Counted from the first letter of the stretch, positions 16,600-26,070 are shown. The stretch is DNA of 64,000 nucleotides from a virus (IMGVR_UViG_3300013102_000003:6644-70643); one strand, 5' to 3'. A program made the numbers and translations. Notes: a model not told the origin generated them from the letters alone.

Positions 16600-16770
16600 T
16601 GAACCGCGAAGAGAAGATTTACATGGCCTACAAGGTTGCTCTGGCTGCTGCCAAGAAGGACAACGAAGCCACCGCCTCAATCCTAGCCATGATCCACACC
16701 GCCAAGGCTTTCAAGATCTCCGTGTTCACGATGCTTGACATTGCGAAAAGGCGCGGGAAAAAGAAGTAGC
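16600..16770 (+). CDS. Small basic protein (56 aa), not in ORF track
   Basis: RBS ggggag then ATG 16600. Lys-rich C-terminus. A structured 5' leader lies at 16536-16585. Confidence 0.35.
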
Positions 16771-16820
16771 AGGCTGGGGAGCCGCTTCGGCATCAACCAC
16801 CCACTAAAGATAGATATACT

Positions 16821-17228
16821 ATGTTCGATGAAATACCGTACACCCTTGTTGTCCCTGACTACACATACTACGCCTACGTAAATGATTGGACTGACGGTGA
16901 TACCGTCGATCTCCAGATCGTTGTCAAGCTGGACTTTGGGTTCCACAACTACAGCGCCCACCTCTTCAAGCTCAAGATGCGCCTGAACGGCCTTGACACT
17001 CCCGAGAACGGGCAGGTCAATCACGATGAGGCTACCGCATTCTCAGAGGCTCAGGCACCCGCTGGAACGCTTCTCAGGGCCAAGATCTTCAAGATGCCTA
17101 AGAACTACGCCAACACAGAGAAGTACGGACGCTATTTGGTGGAACTCTTCGAAAATGGTGAGAGCATCAATGAAGCCCTGCTTGCCTCTGGACTGGCGAA
17201 GAAGTACGATGGCGGAAAGAAATCTTGA
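16821..17228 (+). CDS. Staphylococcal-nuclease-like (SNase/thermonuclease) endonuclease
   Basis: DGDT…RLNGLDTPE…KYGRYL recapitulates the SNase catalytic signature. Confidence 0.65.
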   Translation: MFDEIPYTLVVPDYTYYAYVNDWTDGDTVDLQIVVKLDFGFHNYSAHLFKLKMRLNGLDTPENGQVNHDEATAFSEAQAPAGTLLRAKIFKMPKNYANTEKYGRYLVELFENGESINEALLASGLAKKYDGGKKS

Positions 17229-17299
17229 CAAACTGCCGCGCAGTGTGATAGTCGGCTGATGGTACAATAGAGTATAACAAACACTCTAAGGAGCCTTGA

Positions 17300-18082
17300 G
17301 TGACTACCATCAACGAATCCCACACAGCCAAGGGCTACACGCCTGCTGCTTACGTGAAGTCTGTCTTTGGGCAGGCCCGTACAATCGAGTCCATCACAAT
17401 CCACCACTGGGGCGTCTTCGGACAGAAGCACGACGACGTTGTGCGCTTTTTCGAGTCCGGACCCGGAACCACGTCGGCTCACTTTGTCGTCTCTGCTGGC
17501 CGCATTGACTGTCTGGTCAGCCCAGTAGATGCCGCGTGGCATGCAGGGTCGGCCAAGGGCAACGCTACCAGCATCGGAATTGAATGCCATCCAGAGGCAA
17601 CTCCGGAAGACTATGAGACTGTAGCAGAACTGATCCGTTTCCTGAGAACCGCCTACGGAAATTTGCCGCTCATTCCCCACCGCCAATGGCACGCAACAGC
17701 CTGCCCCGGAATCTGGGACCTTGCCAAGCTCGACAAGCTCGCAAAGGTTCAAGCGGCTGTCTCACCCGAATCTTCAACCGTCACACCTAACACACCAACG
17801 CCAACGAAAGAAGGCAAAATGCTCGTCATTACACAGTCCAAGGGAGACCCCGCAATCTGGATCGGTGACGGTGTTAGCCGCCGCCACATCCCAGACCCGA
17901 AGACCCTTGCAGATTACCAGAAGCTCGCCGCTTGGGGCGTCCTAAGCATCTACAAGAACGGCGAGATCCAGAACTTCCCACCGGAAACACTCGGTGCTGA
18001 CGTATCTAGCCAGAAGATTGAAGCCGTACAGGCTGAGGCTATCGCTGCTCGCGCAGCGGCCCTTGTGAAGGCCACTAAGTAA
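17300..18082 (+). CDS. N-acetylmuramoyl-L-alanine amidase (Amidase_2/PGRP-type lysin)
   Basis: HHWG…AHFVVS…AWHAG…IGIECH zinc-amidase motifs, plus a C-terminal putative wall-binding region. Confidence 0.7.
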   Translation: MTTINESHTAKGYTPAAYVKSVFGQARTIESITIHHWGVFGQKHDDVVRFFESGPGTTSAHFVVSAGRIDCLVSPVDAAWHAGSAKGNATSIGIECHPEATPEDYETVAELIRFLRTAYGNLPLIPHRQWHATACPGIWDLAKLDKLAKVQAAVSPESSTVTPNTPTPTKEGKMLVITQSKGDPAIWIGDGVSRRHIPDPKTLADYQKLAAWGVLSIYKNGEIQNFPPETLGADVSSQKIEAVQAEAIAARAAALVKATK

Positions 18083-18101
18083 GACCCACCGCGCTACATT
18101 G

Positions 18102-18140
18102 AAGGGCAGGAGAGGAATTTGACTCTCCTGCCCTTTGTTG
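18102..18140 (+). terminator. Terminator-like hairpin after amidase
   Basis: aagggcaggagag-N9-ctctcctgccctt (13-bp stem) followed by tgttgtt. Confidence 0.55.
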
Positions 18141-18220
18141 TTATACTATTGAGACCTGTCCATGCCGACCCCCCAACAAGAAAGAATAAGGCAGCCTAGC
18201 AACAACGACCCATAGGAATT

Positions 18221-18877
18221 ATGAAAAATCACACGAAGTACCCCGCCCTTGTCTCTACTATCCTGCTGTCCGTAGCCCTCTTCGCTACACCGGCCCACGC
18301 CGACACGGACACCACAATCCAGCGTGAGTCCGCTTCGGCAGACATCCCCGTTGCTGCTCCAGCCACTGCAAAGCTCAGCTATGCACGTACTGAGGTCACC
18401 ACCACAGCAGCTATCGAAGTCGTCCCTGTCTCTGAGCCTGTGTATCAGGACGCCGCACCGGAGAAAGTCGCCAACACACCAACCCAAACGCTTACACCTA
18501 AGGCTACAGCTACGCCCAAGGCCAAGGAAGCTCCAGCAGTTTCTGCCTCCGGTAAGGGAGCGGCCATAGCGTCCGCTGCTTACGCCCAGCTTGGAGTTCC
18601 ACAGGACTGCACGGCCCTTGTGACGAATTCCCTAGCCGCAGTCGGAATCCACTTCCACGACTGGCCCGCTGGCTACCTGACCCTTGGAACGGTCATCCCT
18701 GCTTCACAGGCACAGGCTGGAGACCTTGCCTACTACGCTAACGGTGGCACCGGAATGGCCCACATTGCAGTCTACGTCGGCAACGGCATGGCTGTACATG
18801 GCGGCTGGAACGGTGGAACCACAGCACTCTTCTCTGTGAACGTCGGCTCCGGCCCTGTTTTCATTAGAGTTGCGTAG
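18221..18877 (+). CDS. Secreted NlpC/P60-family peptidase (signal peptide)
   Basis: Signal peptide ending ATPAHA. Catalytic Cys in QDCTALV and His in MAHIAVYVGNGMAVHG. Adjacent to the amidase, so a possible second lysin activity. Confidence 0.6.
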   Translation: MKNHTKYPALVSTILLSVALFATPAHADTDTTIQRESASADIPVAAPATAKLSYARTEVTTTAAIEVVPVSEPVYQDAAPEKVANTPTQTLTPKATATPKAKEAPAVSASGKGAAIASAAYAQLGVPQDCTALVTNSLAAVGIHFHDWPAGYLTLGTVIPASQAQAGDLAYYANGGTGMAHIAVYVGNGMAVHGGWNGGTTALFSVNVGSGPVFIRVA

Positions 18878-19006
18878 CAGATCTAAATCTGGTACAATGG
18901 TATTGCCAGCGCTTCTCGGCAGAGGGATGAAGCTCATATCTTCGTCTGAGCGGGATCGACACCCGCCGTTGGTACTGTAAGATCAAGCAAACGACGAAAG
19001 AGAAAT

Positions 19007-19588
19007 ATGACAAACCCAGATTACACCGCACTTCTGTTCATCATCGACCGTTCCGGCTCCATGCGGACGATCAAGGAAGACATGGAGGGCGGAATCAACG
19101 CCGTTCTGGACGAGCAGAAGAAGATTCCGGGAACAGTTACCGTGGATGTCGCCTACTTTGACGACGAAATCATCTACGACGAGCGCTTCCTGTCCCTCGA
19201 TTCGGCATCCATCAAGATCGAACCTCGCGGCATGACGGCCCTGCACGACGCCATCGTGTCCAGCACCCGCAAGTTCGGTGAATCCCTGTCTCAGCTTGCA
19301 GAAGAGGACCGTCCCGGCACCGTCATGGTTATCATCGTTACTGACGGCCACGAAAACGTCTCCAAAGAGGCAAACATCTCGGATGTCAAGGACATCATCA
19401 CCCTCCAGCAGGACACCTACAACTGGGACTTCCTGTTCCTCGGTGCCAATCAGGACGCCATTCAGACCGGCGCTGACTTCGGCCTCCGTAAGGGCGCATC
19501 CATGACCTACGCAGCAACTCGCGGCGGCACCATGGACGCCTCCAACTTCATCTCCGCGTCAGTCACCAGCGCCCGTACCCGCGTTTAA
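19007..19588 (+). CDS. von Willebrand factor A domain protein
   Basis: MIDAS motif LFIIDRSGSM and a downstream …TDG… motif. 193 aa. Confidence 0.6.
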   Translation: MTNPDYTALLFIIDRSGSMRTIKEDMEGGINAVLDEQKKIPGTVTVDVAYFDDEIIYDERFLSLDSASIKIEPRGMTALHDAIVSSTRKFGESLSQLAEEDRPGTVMVIIVTDGHENVSKEANISDVKDIITLQQDTYNWDFLFLGANQDAIQTGADFGLRKGASMTYAATRGGTMDASNFISASVTSARTRV

Positions 19589-19610
19589 TCGCTGACAAGT
19601 TAGGTATACG

Positions 19611-19850
19611 ATGAAACAAAGAGATTTTGAGAAGATTTCGATCAGCAATGGAAACTTTCAAGGACTGAAGGTAGGGTTCGTATGCCCTCACCGACTATCT
19701 TATGAGGCTACAGAGAAAATCCTCGTACTTCTGCATAAGGTAAACGCACTGGCGTCGGATAAGAGCAACTTCATCACAGATGAGGAAGCCTCCGAACTGG
19801 ATGCCAGTGGTAAGATCCCCACGATAGACGCAGACGATTTCGATGACTGA
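19611..19850 (+). CDS. Hypothetical protein (79 aa)
   Basis: ORF with overlap into the next gene. No family recognised. Confidence 0.35.
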   Translation: MKQRDFEKISISNGNFQGLKVGFVCPHRLSYEATEKILVLLHKVNALASDKSNFITDEEASELDASGKIPTIDADDFDD

Positions 19851-20577
19851 CTACTTTGACGGCCCCCTCTTAGGATTCGACATCGAGAGCACTGGTGTTG
19901 ACCAGTGGGAGGATCGTGTGGTAACGTTCTCTATGGTGTACTCAGCCTACAGGGGAGCCAATCCGGAGATTCTGGAATGGCTCATTGACCCCGGAGTTGA
20001 GATTGCGGAAGGTGCCACAGCAGTACACGGGATCTCAACGGAGTACGCGGCAGAGTTCGGCAAGCAGGCGCACAACGCCATGCCGTACATTGCCCGTCGT
20101 ATGGAGAAGATCGTTGACCATGGAATCCCTTTCGTGATCTACAATGCGCCCTTCGACACGACGATGATCTACAACGAGTTCGAACGCTACAACGTTCCGC
20201 TCCGGTACACTAGGGAACAGATGTTCGCCAAAGTCATCGACCCTCTGGTCATCGACAAGGCGTGCGACAAGTACCGCAAGGGTTCCCGCAAACTGACGGA
20301 CACAGCCAAGCTCTACGGCTTCGACCTGACGAACGCCCACAACTCCACTGCGGACGTTTCGGCAACCCTCTATATCGCCCGCCAGCTTGGGAAGTTCTTC
20401 AAGCCGGAGATGACAATCGAGATGTTGCAGGAATTCCAGAAGGATGCTAAGATGGAGCAAAGCACTTCGTTCCAGCGCTACCTTCGGAAGAAGACGGACG
20501 AAGAGGGCAACCTCGTAGAACCAAACGCGGTCATCTCCACAGAGTGGCCGTTCCAAACGACGAAAGAGACACATTGA
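19843..20577 (+). CDS. DnaQ-like 3'-5' exonuclease (DEDDh)
   Basis: Exo I GFDIESTG, Exo II VIYNAPFD, Exo III HNSTADVSAT. Confidence 0.7.
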   Translation: MTDYFDGPLLGFDIESTGVDQWEDRVVTFSMVYSAYRGANPEILEWLIDPGVEIAEGATAVHGISTEYAAEFGKQAHNAMPYIARRMEKIVDHGIPFVIYNAPFDTTMIYNEFERYNVPLRYTREQMFAKVIDPLVIDKACDKYRKGSRKLTDTAKLYGFDLTNAHNSTADVSATLYIARQLGKFFKPEMTIEMLQEFQKDAKMEQSTSFQRYLRKKTDEEGNLVEPNAVISTEWPFQTTKETH

Positions 20578-20849
20578 CACAGACGACAACGCCTGATAAG
20601 CTAGTATCAGAAGTAATCGATGCATTCCTCAAGGGCTTCAACGCCCCTGAAAAACCTTCACAGGAAGCAGAGCCTAAGGACCCCGGAGAGCCGGTAGCCC
20701 CGAAGGACTTCTCGAATGTAGAGCCGTACACCGAAGCGCTCCGGATTCTCGGGGATCTTGAGGCCAATGCCGGAGATTTTGAAGACGACCTCCGTCTTCA
20801 GATTGCCGACCGGTACATCGAAATCGGACGCCAGCTTCTCAACGGTTGA
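20574..20849 (+). CDS. Acidic hypothetical protein
   Basis: TTG start at 20574 overlapping the upstream stop (ATTGA). The track's longer start at 20544 overlaps the exonuclease. Confidence 0.35.
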   Translation: MTQTTTPDKLVSEVIDAFLKGFNAPEKPSQEAEPKDPGEPVAPKDFSNVEPYTEALRILGDLEANAGDFEDDLRLQIADRYIEIGRQLLNG

Positions 20850-20875
20850 CAAGTAAGTAAATGGTATGGTATAAT
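20846..20875 (+). promoter_or_regulatory. Sigma-70-like promoter (TTGACA-18-TGgTATAAT) for tRNA cluster
   Basis: ttgacaagtaagtaaatggtatggtataat. Confidence 0.6.
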
Positions 20876-20888
20876 TAATGTTATACCT

Positions 20889-20965
20889 TGCGGAGTAGGG
20901 GAGTTCGGTTGTCCCCCGCTGGCCTCATAAGCCAGAGATCAAGAGTTCAAATCTCTTCTCCGCAA
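20889..20965 (+). tRNA. tRNA-Met/fMet/Ile2 (CAT)
   Basis: Perfect stem ctggc/gccag with loop cuCATaa, T-arm aagag-ttcaaat-ctctt, acceptor tgcggag/ctccgca perfect. Unusual 5-bp D-stem gggg…cccc. Confidence 0.6.
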
Positions 20966-20975
20966 CGAGGGCGTA

Positions 20976-21027
20976 TCGATTAGTTACCTTACCGAGAGGA
21001 AGGTATGCGGCAGGAAAGACTAATCAG
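20976..21027 (+). other. Nested stem-loop element between tRNAs
   Basis: Outer stem gattagt/actaatc encloses an inner stem tacctt/aaggta. Confidence 0.3.
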
Positions 21028-21099
21028 ACCCGTATAGCTCAACGGCAGAGCGACGAACTGTTAATTCGTAGGTTCTAGGTTCGAATCCTAGTATGGGTG
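21028..21099 (+). tRNA. tRNA-Asn (GTT)
   Basis: Stem acgaa/ttcgt with loop cuGTTaa, T-arm ctagg-ttcgaat-cctag, acceptor acccgta/tatgggt. Confidence 0.7.
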
Positions 21100-21182
21100 C
21101 GCAATTTAATGCCGCGAGGCCGTTAAACATCCCAAAAGGCGACTGGACCCAAACAGAGGTATGATCTACCACACAGATCAAT

Positions 21183-21255
21183 GGGGGCTTAGCTCAGTTG
21201 GTAGAGCACTTGCTTTGCAAGCAAGATGTCAAGGGTTCGAATCCCTTAGCCTCCA
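21183..21255 (+). tRNA. tRNA-Ala (TGC)
   Basis: gggggct acceptor. Stem cttgc/gcaag with loop uuTGCaa. T-arm aaggg-ttcgaat-ccctt. Confidence 0.8.
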
Positions 21256-21287
21256 CGCACCACCCTACGAGTAACGAAGGAGTTTCT

Positions 21288-21407
21288 ATGGAAGAAACAG
21301 TCGCACAAGAAATTGTGGCAAAAGCCCTTTATGAGCTTCAGATGATGAAGACTCGTGACTGTTTTGATTATGGTAAACTAAAGGCTGTACTTGAAGGTAA
21401 AGCTTGA
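21288..21407 (+). CDS. Small hypothetical protein (39 aa), not in ORF track
   Basis: Strong RBS aaggag 8 nt before ATG 21288. The track ORF 21198..21407 starts inside tRNA-Ala and is rejected. Confidence 0.3.
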   Translation: MEETVAQEIVAKALYELQMMKTRDCFDYGKLKAVLEGKA

Positions 21408-21478
21408 GCGGTTAGGTTTGCGGCTGCAACCTAATCCCCTTGTGCGAGTGCCGGAACGCACGCTCGATTTCCGGCTTT

Positions 21479-21552
21479 GGTATTGTGGAGCAGTTGGAGT
21501 GCTCGCCGTCCTGTCAAGACGGAGGTCGCGGGTTCAAGTCCCGTCAGTACCG
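21479..21552 (+). tRNA. tRNA-Asp (GTC)
   Basis: D-arm tggagcagttggagtgctc, perfect stem ccgtc/gacgg with loop cuGTCaa, T-arm gcggg-ttcaagt-cccgt. Confidence 0.75.
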
Positions 21553-21553
21553 C

Positions 21554-21627
21554 GTTGGCTGTAGCTCAGTTGGTAGAGCGTCTGGTTGTGGTCCAGAATG
21601 TCGCGGGTTCAAGCCCCGTCAGTCACC
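21554..21627 (+). tRNA. tRNA-His (GTG) with 5' G-1
   Basis: Stem tctgg/ccaga with loop uuGTGgu. An extra 5' G pairs with discriminator C, which is a His hallmark. T-arm gcggg-ttcaagc-cccgt. Confidence 0.65.
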
Positions 21628-21672
21628 CCACTTCAGTTAGAAGTACCCGGTAATAATAGAAACTAGGATGAT

Positions 21673-22044
21673 ATGAGAATAATAGCAGGAGCACATGGCT
21701 CGGGAAAGACGTACGAGACCATCCACGCAGCAGCAGCAGATCCCGATGGCTACTACGTATGTGAGGACTATCGGCAGTTGAAATTCCAATCTGAAGAGTA
21801 TGCGGATGTCATCCCGAAGGACAGGATGCTCACATACAAGCAGGTTCCCGATGAGACAAAGGCCCCGCTGAACCTCTACGTTGACGGTATGCGACACGGC
21901 CAAGAGATTCCGTCTCTCTGGTACACCCACCATAACCTTGTAACACTGGCCGTATCATCCAAGTACGCTGAAGAGAATCTACACCTTAGTGATAAATACA
22001 TTCAAACGGTACGTGATCACTTTGCTATGAAACGCAATACGTAA
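21673..22044 (+). CDS. Small P-loop protein
   Basis: Walker A GAHGSGKT at residues 6-13. 123 aa. Confidence 0.4.
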   Translation: MRIIAGAHGSGKTYETIHAAAADPDGYYVCEDYRQLKFQSEEYADVIPKDRMLTYKQVPDETKAPLNLYVDGMRHGQEIPSLWYTHHNLVTLAVSSKYAEENLHLSDKYIQTVRDHFAMKRNT

Positions 22045-22085
22045 CACAAAACAAAACAAAGAAAAGTAAAGTAGAAGGAGTATTT

Positions 22086-23054
22086 TTGCGTCAGCTTGTC
22101 ACGCTCGAAACCATTTCCGAAATCAATCCCATCCCAGATGCTGACCAAATTGAGGTAGCTAAAGTTAAGGGATGGAACGTTGTTGTTAAAAAAGGTGAGT
22201 TCTCCGTTGGTGAAGAAATTCTGTATTTCGAGATCGACTCATTTTTGCCCATCTCAGATCCGCGCTTTGCATTTCTGGAGCCACGTGGCGTCCGTGTACA
22301 GGATGGAGTCACGGGGCATGTCCTCAAGACCGTCCGTCTTCGTGGGCAGTACTCTCAAGGACTTCTCAAACCCGTCTCGGAATTCCCAGAAGGTATCCCT
22401 GATATCGCCAAGTTCGATCCGCCCCTGCCAGCAGGCCTCGACGGCTCGGTGGAGGGTCAATTCCTTTACCAGTTCGCACCAAAAACTGATGCTGAACGCA
22501 TCCAGAATCTCGGTCGAGTCCTCCCTGAAATTCTCTCGCACGAGTGGATTGCAACCGAGAAGATCGACGGCACTTCAACGACAATTGTCAATGACGACGG
22601 AACCATCCGGATCTGCTCCCGAAACTGGGAAATTAGTCGCCCCTCAGCACGTTTCGACCTTGCGGACAAACTCAATCTCGCTGAAATCCTTCCAGTAGAT
22701 CATACACTTCAGGGTGAATACTTCGGTGAGAACATCCAGAGCAACCCTCTCGGCATCAAGGGAACCGACTTCAAGGCCTTCAATCTCTACAAGAAGACCG
22801 AAGACGGCCCCGAAGCCATCCCGTTCAACGAGTGGCCCGACGCATTGCGCTCTCTACAGGTCCCTGTACTGCCTCTAAGGCTCCCGCAGACCATCGATGA
22901 CATCGTGGAGCAGGCTGACGGTTTGAAGTCTCAGATCGCCCCACAGCGCCTCGCAGAGGGTATCGTCTGGCAGGGTCCGAAGGGCTTCCCGTTCCTCGGT
23001 AACCGTCCGGGCTTCAAGGCCATCTCCAACAAGTACCTCGCCAAGCAAAAGTAA
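22086..23054 (+). CDS. ATP-dependent RNA ligase (nucleotidyltransferase superfamily, N-terminal OB-like domain + KxDG NTase domain)
   Basis: Motif I ATEKIDGTS (KxDG), TTG start. The N-terminal about 150 aa OB-like domain precedes the NTase domain, as in Rnl5/DraRnl-type ligases. A dedicated ATP-dependent DNA ligase is already present at 13402. Confidence 0.5.
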   Translation: MRQLVTLETISEINPIPDADQIEVAKVKGWNVVVKKGEFSVGEEILYFEIDSFLPISDPRFAFLEPRGVRVQDGVTGHVLKTVRLRGQYSQGLLKPVSEFPEGIPDIAKFDPPLPAGLDGSVEGQFLYQFAPKTDAERIQNLGRVLPEILSHEWIATEKIDGTSTTIVNDDGTIRICSRNWEISRPSARFDLADKLNLAEILPVDHTLQGEYFGENIQSNPLGIKGTDFKAFNLYKKTEDGPEAIPFNEWPDALRSLQVPVLPLRLPQTIDDIVEQADGLKSQIAPQRLAEGIVWQGPKGFPFLGNRPGFKAISNKYLAKQK

Positions 23055-23063
23055 AGGAGAAAC

Positions 23064-23843
23064 ATGACTGAAGTATTGGTTGGCTCCAAAGCCATGTACC
23101 ACTGGTTCTCGGACGCCCGAGAGCAGAAGGATGTAGACTACTTCTCCGAAAAGCTGGTCTTCGTTGTAGACGGTGCAAGGGTCAGGGTGGAGAACTTCTG
23201 GCACCCGGATCTCGCAAAGTGGAACTGGGGAGAAGTTGCAACTCCGGACGAGCTATACACTATCAAGGTCTCCCACGCTTTCTGGGAACTGAAGAACGGC
23301 TCTTGGGCCAAGCACATGATGGACGTGTTGTTTCTCCAGTCCAAGGGTGCTAAGCTCATCCCGGAGCTTTACAAGATCCTCTACAAGGTCTGGGAAGACA
23401 CCCACGGCAAGAAGAAGGTCAATCTTGAGGCTGACCCGGAGGAATTCTTCAATGACAAGATCGTCAAGCGCATCTATGACCACGACTCCATCCACGAGTC
23501 CGTAGCTTACTACGACCGTCCGCTCTTTGAGCGCATCCTGAGGGATGATTCGGATGTCGCCGTGGACAAGTCAAAGTGGGACGCCATGGATCACGAGGAC
23601 AAGCTGAAGATGGTCCGTGAGGAAATCTACGCCACCGCTCTTGAGCGCAAGCTGATTCCCTCCGACTACACCTCAAGCCCCGGAGCAGCCTACAACTGGA
23701 CGCTCCGTAAGACTATCACGTCCCTCACCAAGGGCTGGTTCGCATTGTTCGTTGTCGAAAACTTCAAAGACCTTACAAAGGCCGATGTCGATTACGTCAA
23801 GCGCCACAAGGACAACGCCCACATGCTAAGACCCTATAAGTAA
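23064..23843 (+). CDS. Hypothetical protein (259 aa)
   Basis: RBS aaggag then ATG. No family recognised. Confidence 0.45.
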   Translation: MTEVLVGSKAMYHWFSDAREQKDVDYFSEKLVFVVDGARVRVENFWHPDLAKWNWGEVATPDELYTIKVSHAFWELKNGSWAKHMMDVLFLQSKGAKLIPELYKILYKVWEDTHGKKKVNLEADPEEFFNDKIVKRIYDHDSIHESVAYYDRPLFERILRDDSDVAVDKSKWDAMDHEDKLKMVREEIYATALERKLIPSDYTSSPGAAYNWTLRKTITSLTKGWFALFVVENFKDLTKADVDYVKRHKDNAHMLRPYK

Positions 23844-23859
23844 AACGAAAGGCAACACA

Positions 23860-24213
23860 ATGTCAATCACACAGGAAATCATTGACTGGCTCAACACAGG
23901 AAATGATTACGATAATCTAGATAGCTACGGCACCTCTGAGTGGATGGAATTCTACGAGGAAATGCCCAACGACCGCTACAACTGGACCTCCAAACGGAAA
24001 CCCGTTATTCTGGCTTCGGGAGAGGCCCGCATCGTGCAGGACTTCGGCGGCGAAGGTCAGGGAGACCAGCGCTACGTCGTGTTCTCCGTAGGTGACAAGT
24101 TCTACCGGGTGGATGGCTACTACGCCTCTTGGGACGGCTCCAACTGGGATGACCCGACCCCGTATGAGGTTACACCCAAGGAAGTCACCGTTATCGAATA
24201 CGAGGCCGTCTAA
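23860..24213 (+). CDS. Paralog family B member 1 (about 115 aa, VVFSVxDxxFxVxGYYxSWxGxxWD motif)
   Basis: N-terminal IIDWLN, central YVVFSVGDKFYRVDGYYASWDGSNWD. Confidence 0.5.
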   Translation: MSITQEIIDWLNTGNDYDNLDSYGTSEWMEFYEEMPNDRYNWTSKRKPVILASGEARIVQDFGGEGQGDQRYVVFSVGDKFYRVDGYYASWDGSNWDDPTPYEVTPKEVTVIEYEAV

Positions 24214-24575
24214 TGTCAGCACTTACAGAGAAGATCGAACAAGAGATCATCGACTGGTACAATGAGGAAAACAAGGAGTACCTAGTCGAGGACGAGCAGG
24301 CTGAGCACCTTGACTCTGCCATTGACGAGTTCACTGACTCCTTGGACCGAAAGACGGGAATCCCTCTCCCGTCAGGACCGGCCAAACTGCTGGACCAGCA
24401 CGGCGGCGAAGATGAGGGTTCCGACTACTGGGTTGTCTTCAGTGTCAACGATGACATCTTCAAGGTCGAGGGCTACTACTCTTCTTGGGAAGGCGTAAAC
24501 TGGGACTCCGTCAAGCTCACCGAAGTTGAGGCAGTTCAGGTTCTCGTGACCAAGTACAAGAAGAAGGGTGTCTAA
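24213..24575 (+). CDS. Paralog family B member 2
   Basis: EIIDWYN…YWVVFSVNDDIFKVEGYYSSWEGVNWD. Start overlaps the previous stop (ATGA-type). Confidence 0.5.
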   Translation: MSALTEKIEQEIIDWYNEENKEYLVEDEQAEHLDSAIDEFTDSLDRKTGIPLPSGPAKLLDQHGGEDEGSDYWVVFSVNDDIFKVEGYYSSWEGVNWDSVKLTEVEAVQVLVTKYKKKGV

Positions 24576-24916
24576 TGGCATTCACCTTCAAGACCATCGG
24601 TCAGGAGATCGCCGTCTGGCACCTCCTGTCTTCCCGGTCCTACGAGGCCAACACGAACAAGGCATTCTATGACGCTGTAACCAGCGGAAAGGTTGTCGAA
24701 CTCAACGACGGCTATGTCCAACTGGTCAAGCACCATTCGGGCGGTTACGAGAACTACGATGACATCTCGTACGTCATCTTCGACTATGACGGCTCCACCT
24801 ACCGCATGGACGTTGACGAGTATGACTCGTGGGACGAAGAGAGCAGTGTCACTGAACCCTACCTTGTCATCCCGGTACCCGTCAATGAAGTACAATACGT
24901 AAGACGAAAGGTCTAA
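24575..24916 (+). CDS. Paralog family B member 3 (divergent)
   Basis: …SYVIFDYDGSTYRMDVDEYDSWDEES. Start overlaps the previous stop. Confidence 0.45.
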   Translation: MAFTFKTIGQEIAVWHLLSSRSYEANTNKAFYDAVTSGKVVELNDGYVQLVKHHSGGYENYDDISYVIFDYDGSTYRMDVDEYDSWDEESSVTEPYLVIPVPVNEVQYVRRKV

Positions 24917-25240
24917 ATGAGCAGCATCGATAAGATCAAGCAGGAAATCCTTGAGTGGGACGCATCCAACAAGGACCAGTACGACAAGTGGAAGGAACCC
25001 AACGCCAACTTCGTTGATCGGTCAGAGAGCCACGGAGACGTAGTCCTCCCGTCAGGCAGGGTCGAGTTCGTTGACATCGAGCGAGACGGAGACACTGCCC
25101 TAGCTGTATTCACCGTCAACGACGAACTGTTCGCTCTCGCGGGCTATTACAGTTCGTGGGGCAGCGAGTGGGACAACGGCCTTTTCCGTGTGGAGAAGCG
25201 CACCGTCACCCTTGAGCGCTACGAACGGGTGGACAGTTGA
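24917..25240 (+). CDS. Paralog family B member 4
   Basis: EILEWDA…LAVFTVNDELFALAGYYSSWGSEWD. Confidence 0.5.
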   Translation: MSSIDKIKQEILEWDASNKDQYDKWKEPNANFVDRSESHGDVVLPSGRVEFVDIERDGDTALAVFTVNDELFALAGYYSSWGSEWDNGLFRVEKRTVTLERYERVDS

Positions 25241-25423
25241 TCTGGCTGGGTGCACTAGGCACCCTAGTCCTGTTCATCCTCCAGATGACCGGCCTGATCG
25301 CCATCTCCGGATGGCTGATCCTTACCCCGCTGCTGATCGGCGTCAGCCTGACCGTCATCTTCTGGGTAATTATCCTGATTATCGGGGTCTTGACCAGCTA
25401 ACAATAATGTAGTAAAATAGAAG

Positions 25424-25452
25424 TACCGCCTCCACGTGGGGCGGTATTTTTA
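25424..25452 (+). terminator. Rho-independent terminator
   Basis: taccgcc-tccacgtgg-ggcggta followed by ttttt. Confidence 0.65.
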
Positions 25453-25453
25453 T

Positions 25454-25527
25454 ACCCCTGTAGCTCAGTTGGATAGAGCGTCCGCCTCCTAAGCGGAAGG
25501 TCACCAGTTCGAATCTGGTCAGGGGTA
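25454..25527 (+). tRNA. tRNA-Arg (CCT)
   Basis: Acceptor acccctg/caggggt perfect. Stem tccgc/gcgga with loop cuCCTaa. T-arm accag-ttcgaat-ctggt. Confidence 0.8.
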
Positions 25528-25547
25528 CTCACAGAAAGGAAAGACAA

Positions 25548-26060
25548 ATGAAAACAATCGTATATTTCGATGTTGACGGCGTCATCAACAGCTTCCACCG
25601 GACCAAGCAGGCCGGATGGAAGGGCGAGTGGGAGCTTGCACAGGTCATCGGCTACAAGATCCACTGGTACACTGACCTCGTTGAGGAAATCAACAAGCTC
25701 TCCAAGATGGAGAACGTCGAGGTCAAGTGGCTCACCACGTGGCAGGACAAGGCCGTAACGGATCTGTGCCCCGCTCTGGGGATCGAGGGCACCTCTTGGG
25801 ACGTTCTCTACGCTGCGGATCAGGAAGACCTGTTCGACCTGTCCAACGGCTGGTGGAAGCTCCGTGCGATCATCAAAGACTACAACATCAGCAAGCCTGA
25901 TAAGATGGTCTGGATTGACGATGACTTCAAGTACGAAGGCAACGCCATGGAGTGGGCCAACTTCCTTGGACCCGAGATTATCCACCCTGTCTCCCCGTTC
26001 ACTGACTGGGGGATGACAAAGGAAGATTTTAATGGTATAATAGAGTTTATCAACAACTAG
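25548..26060 (+). CDS. HAD-superfamily phosphatase
   Basis: Motif I VYFDVDGVIN near the N-terminus and motif IV WIDDD. 170 aa. Confidence 0.55.
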   Translation: MKTIVYFDVDGVINSFHRTKQAGWKGEWELAQVIGYKIHWYTDLVEEINKLSKMENVEVKWLTTWQDKAVTDLCPALGIEGTSWDVLYAADQEDLFDLSNGWWKLRAIIKDYNISKPDKMVWIDDDFKYEGNAMEWANFLGPEIIHPVSPFTDWGMTKEDFNGIIEFINN

Positions 26061-26070
26061 TTGATGAACT

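Noticed and set aside
21198-21407. Track ORF 21198..21407 (69 aa)
   Set aside because: Its first 19 codons lie inside tRNA-Ala. Only the downstream ATG 21288 with an aaggag RBS is plausible.
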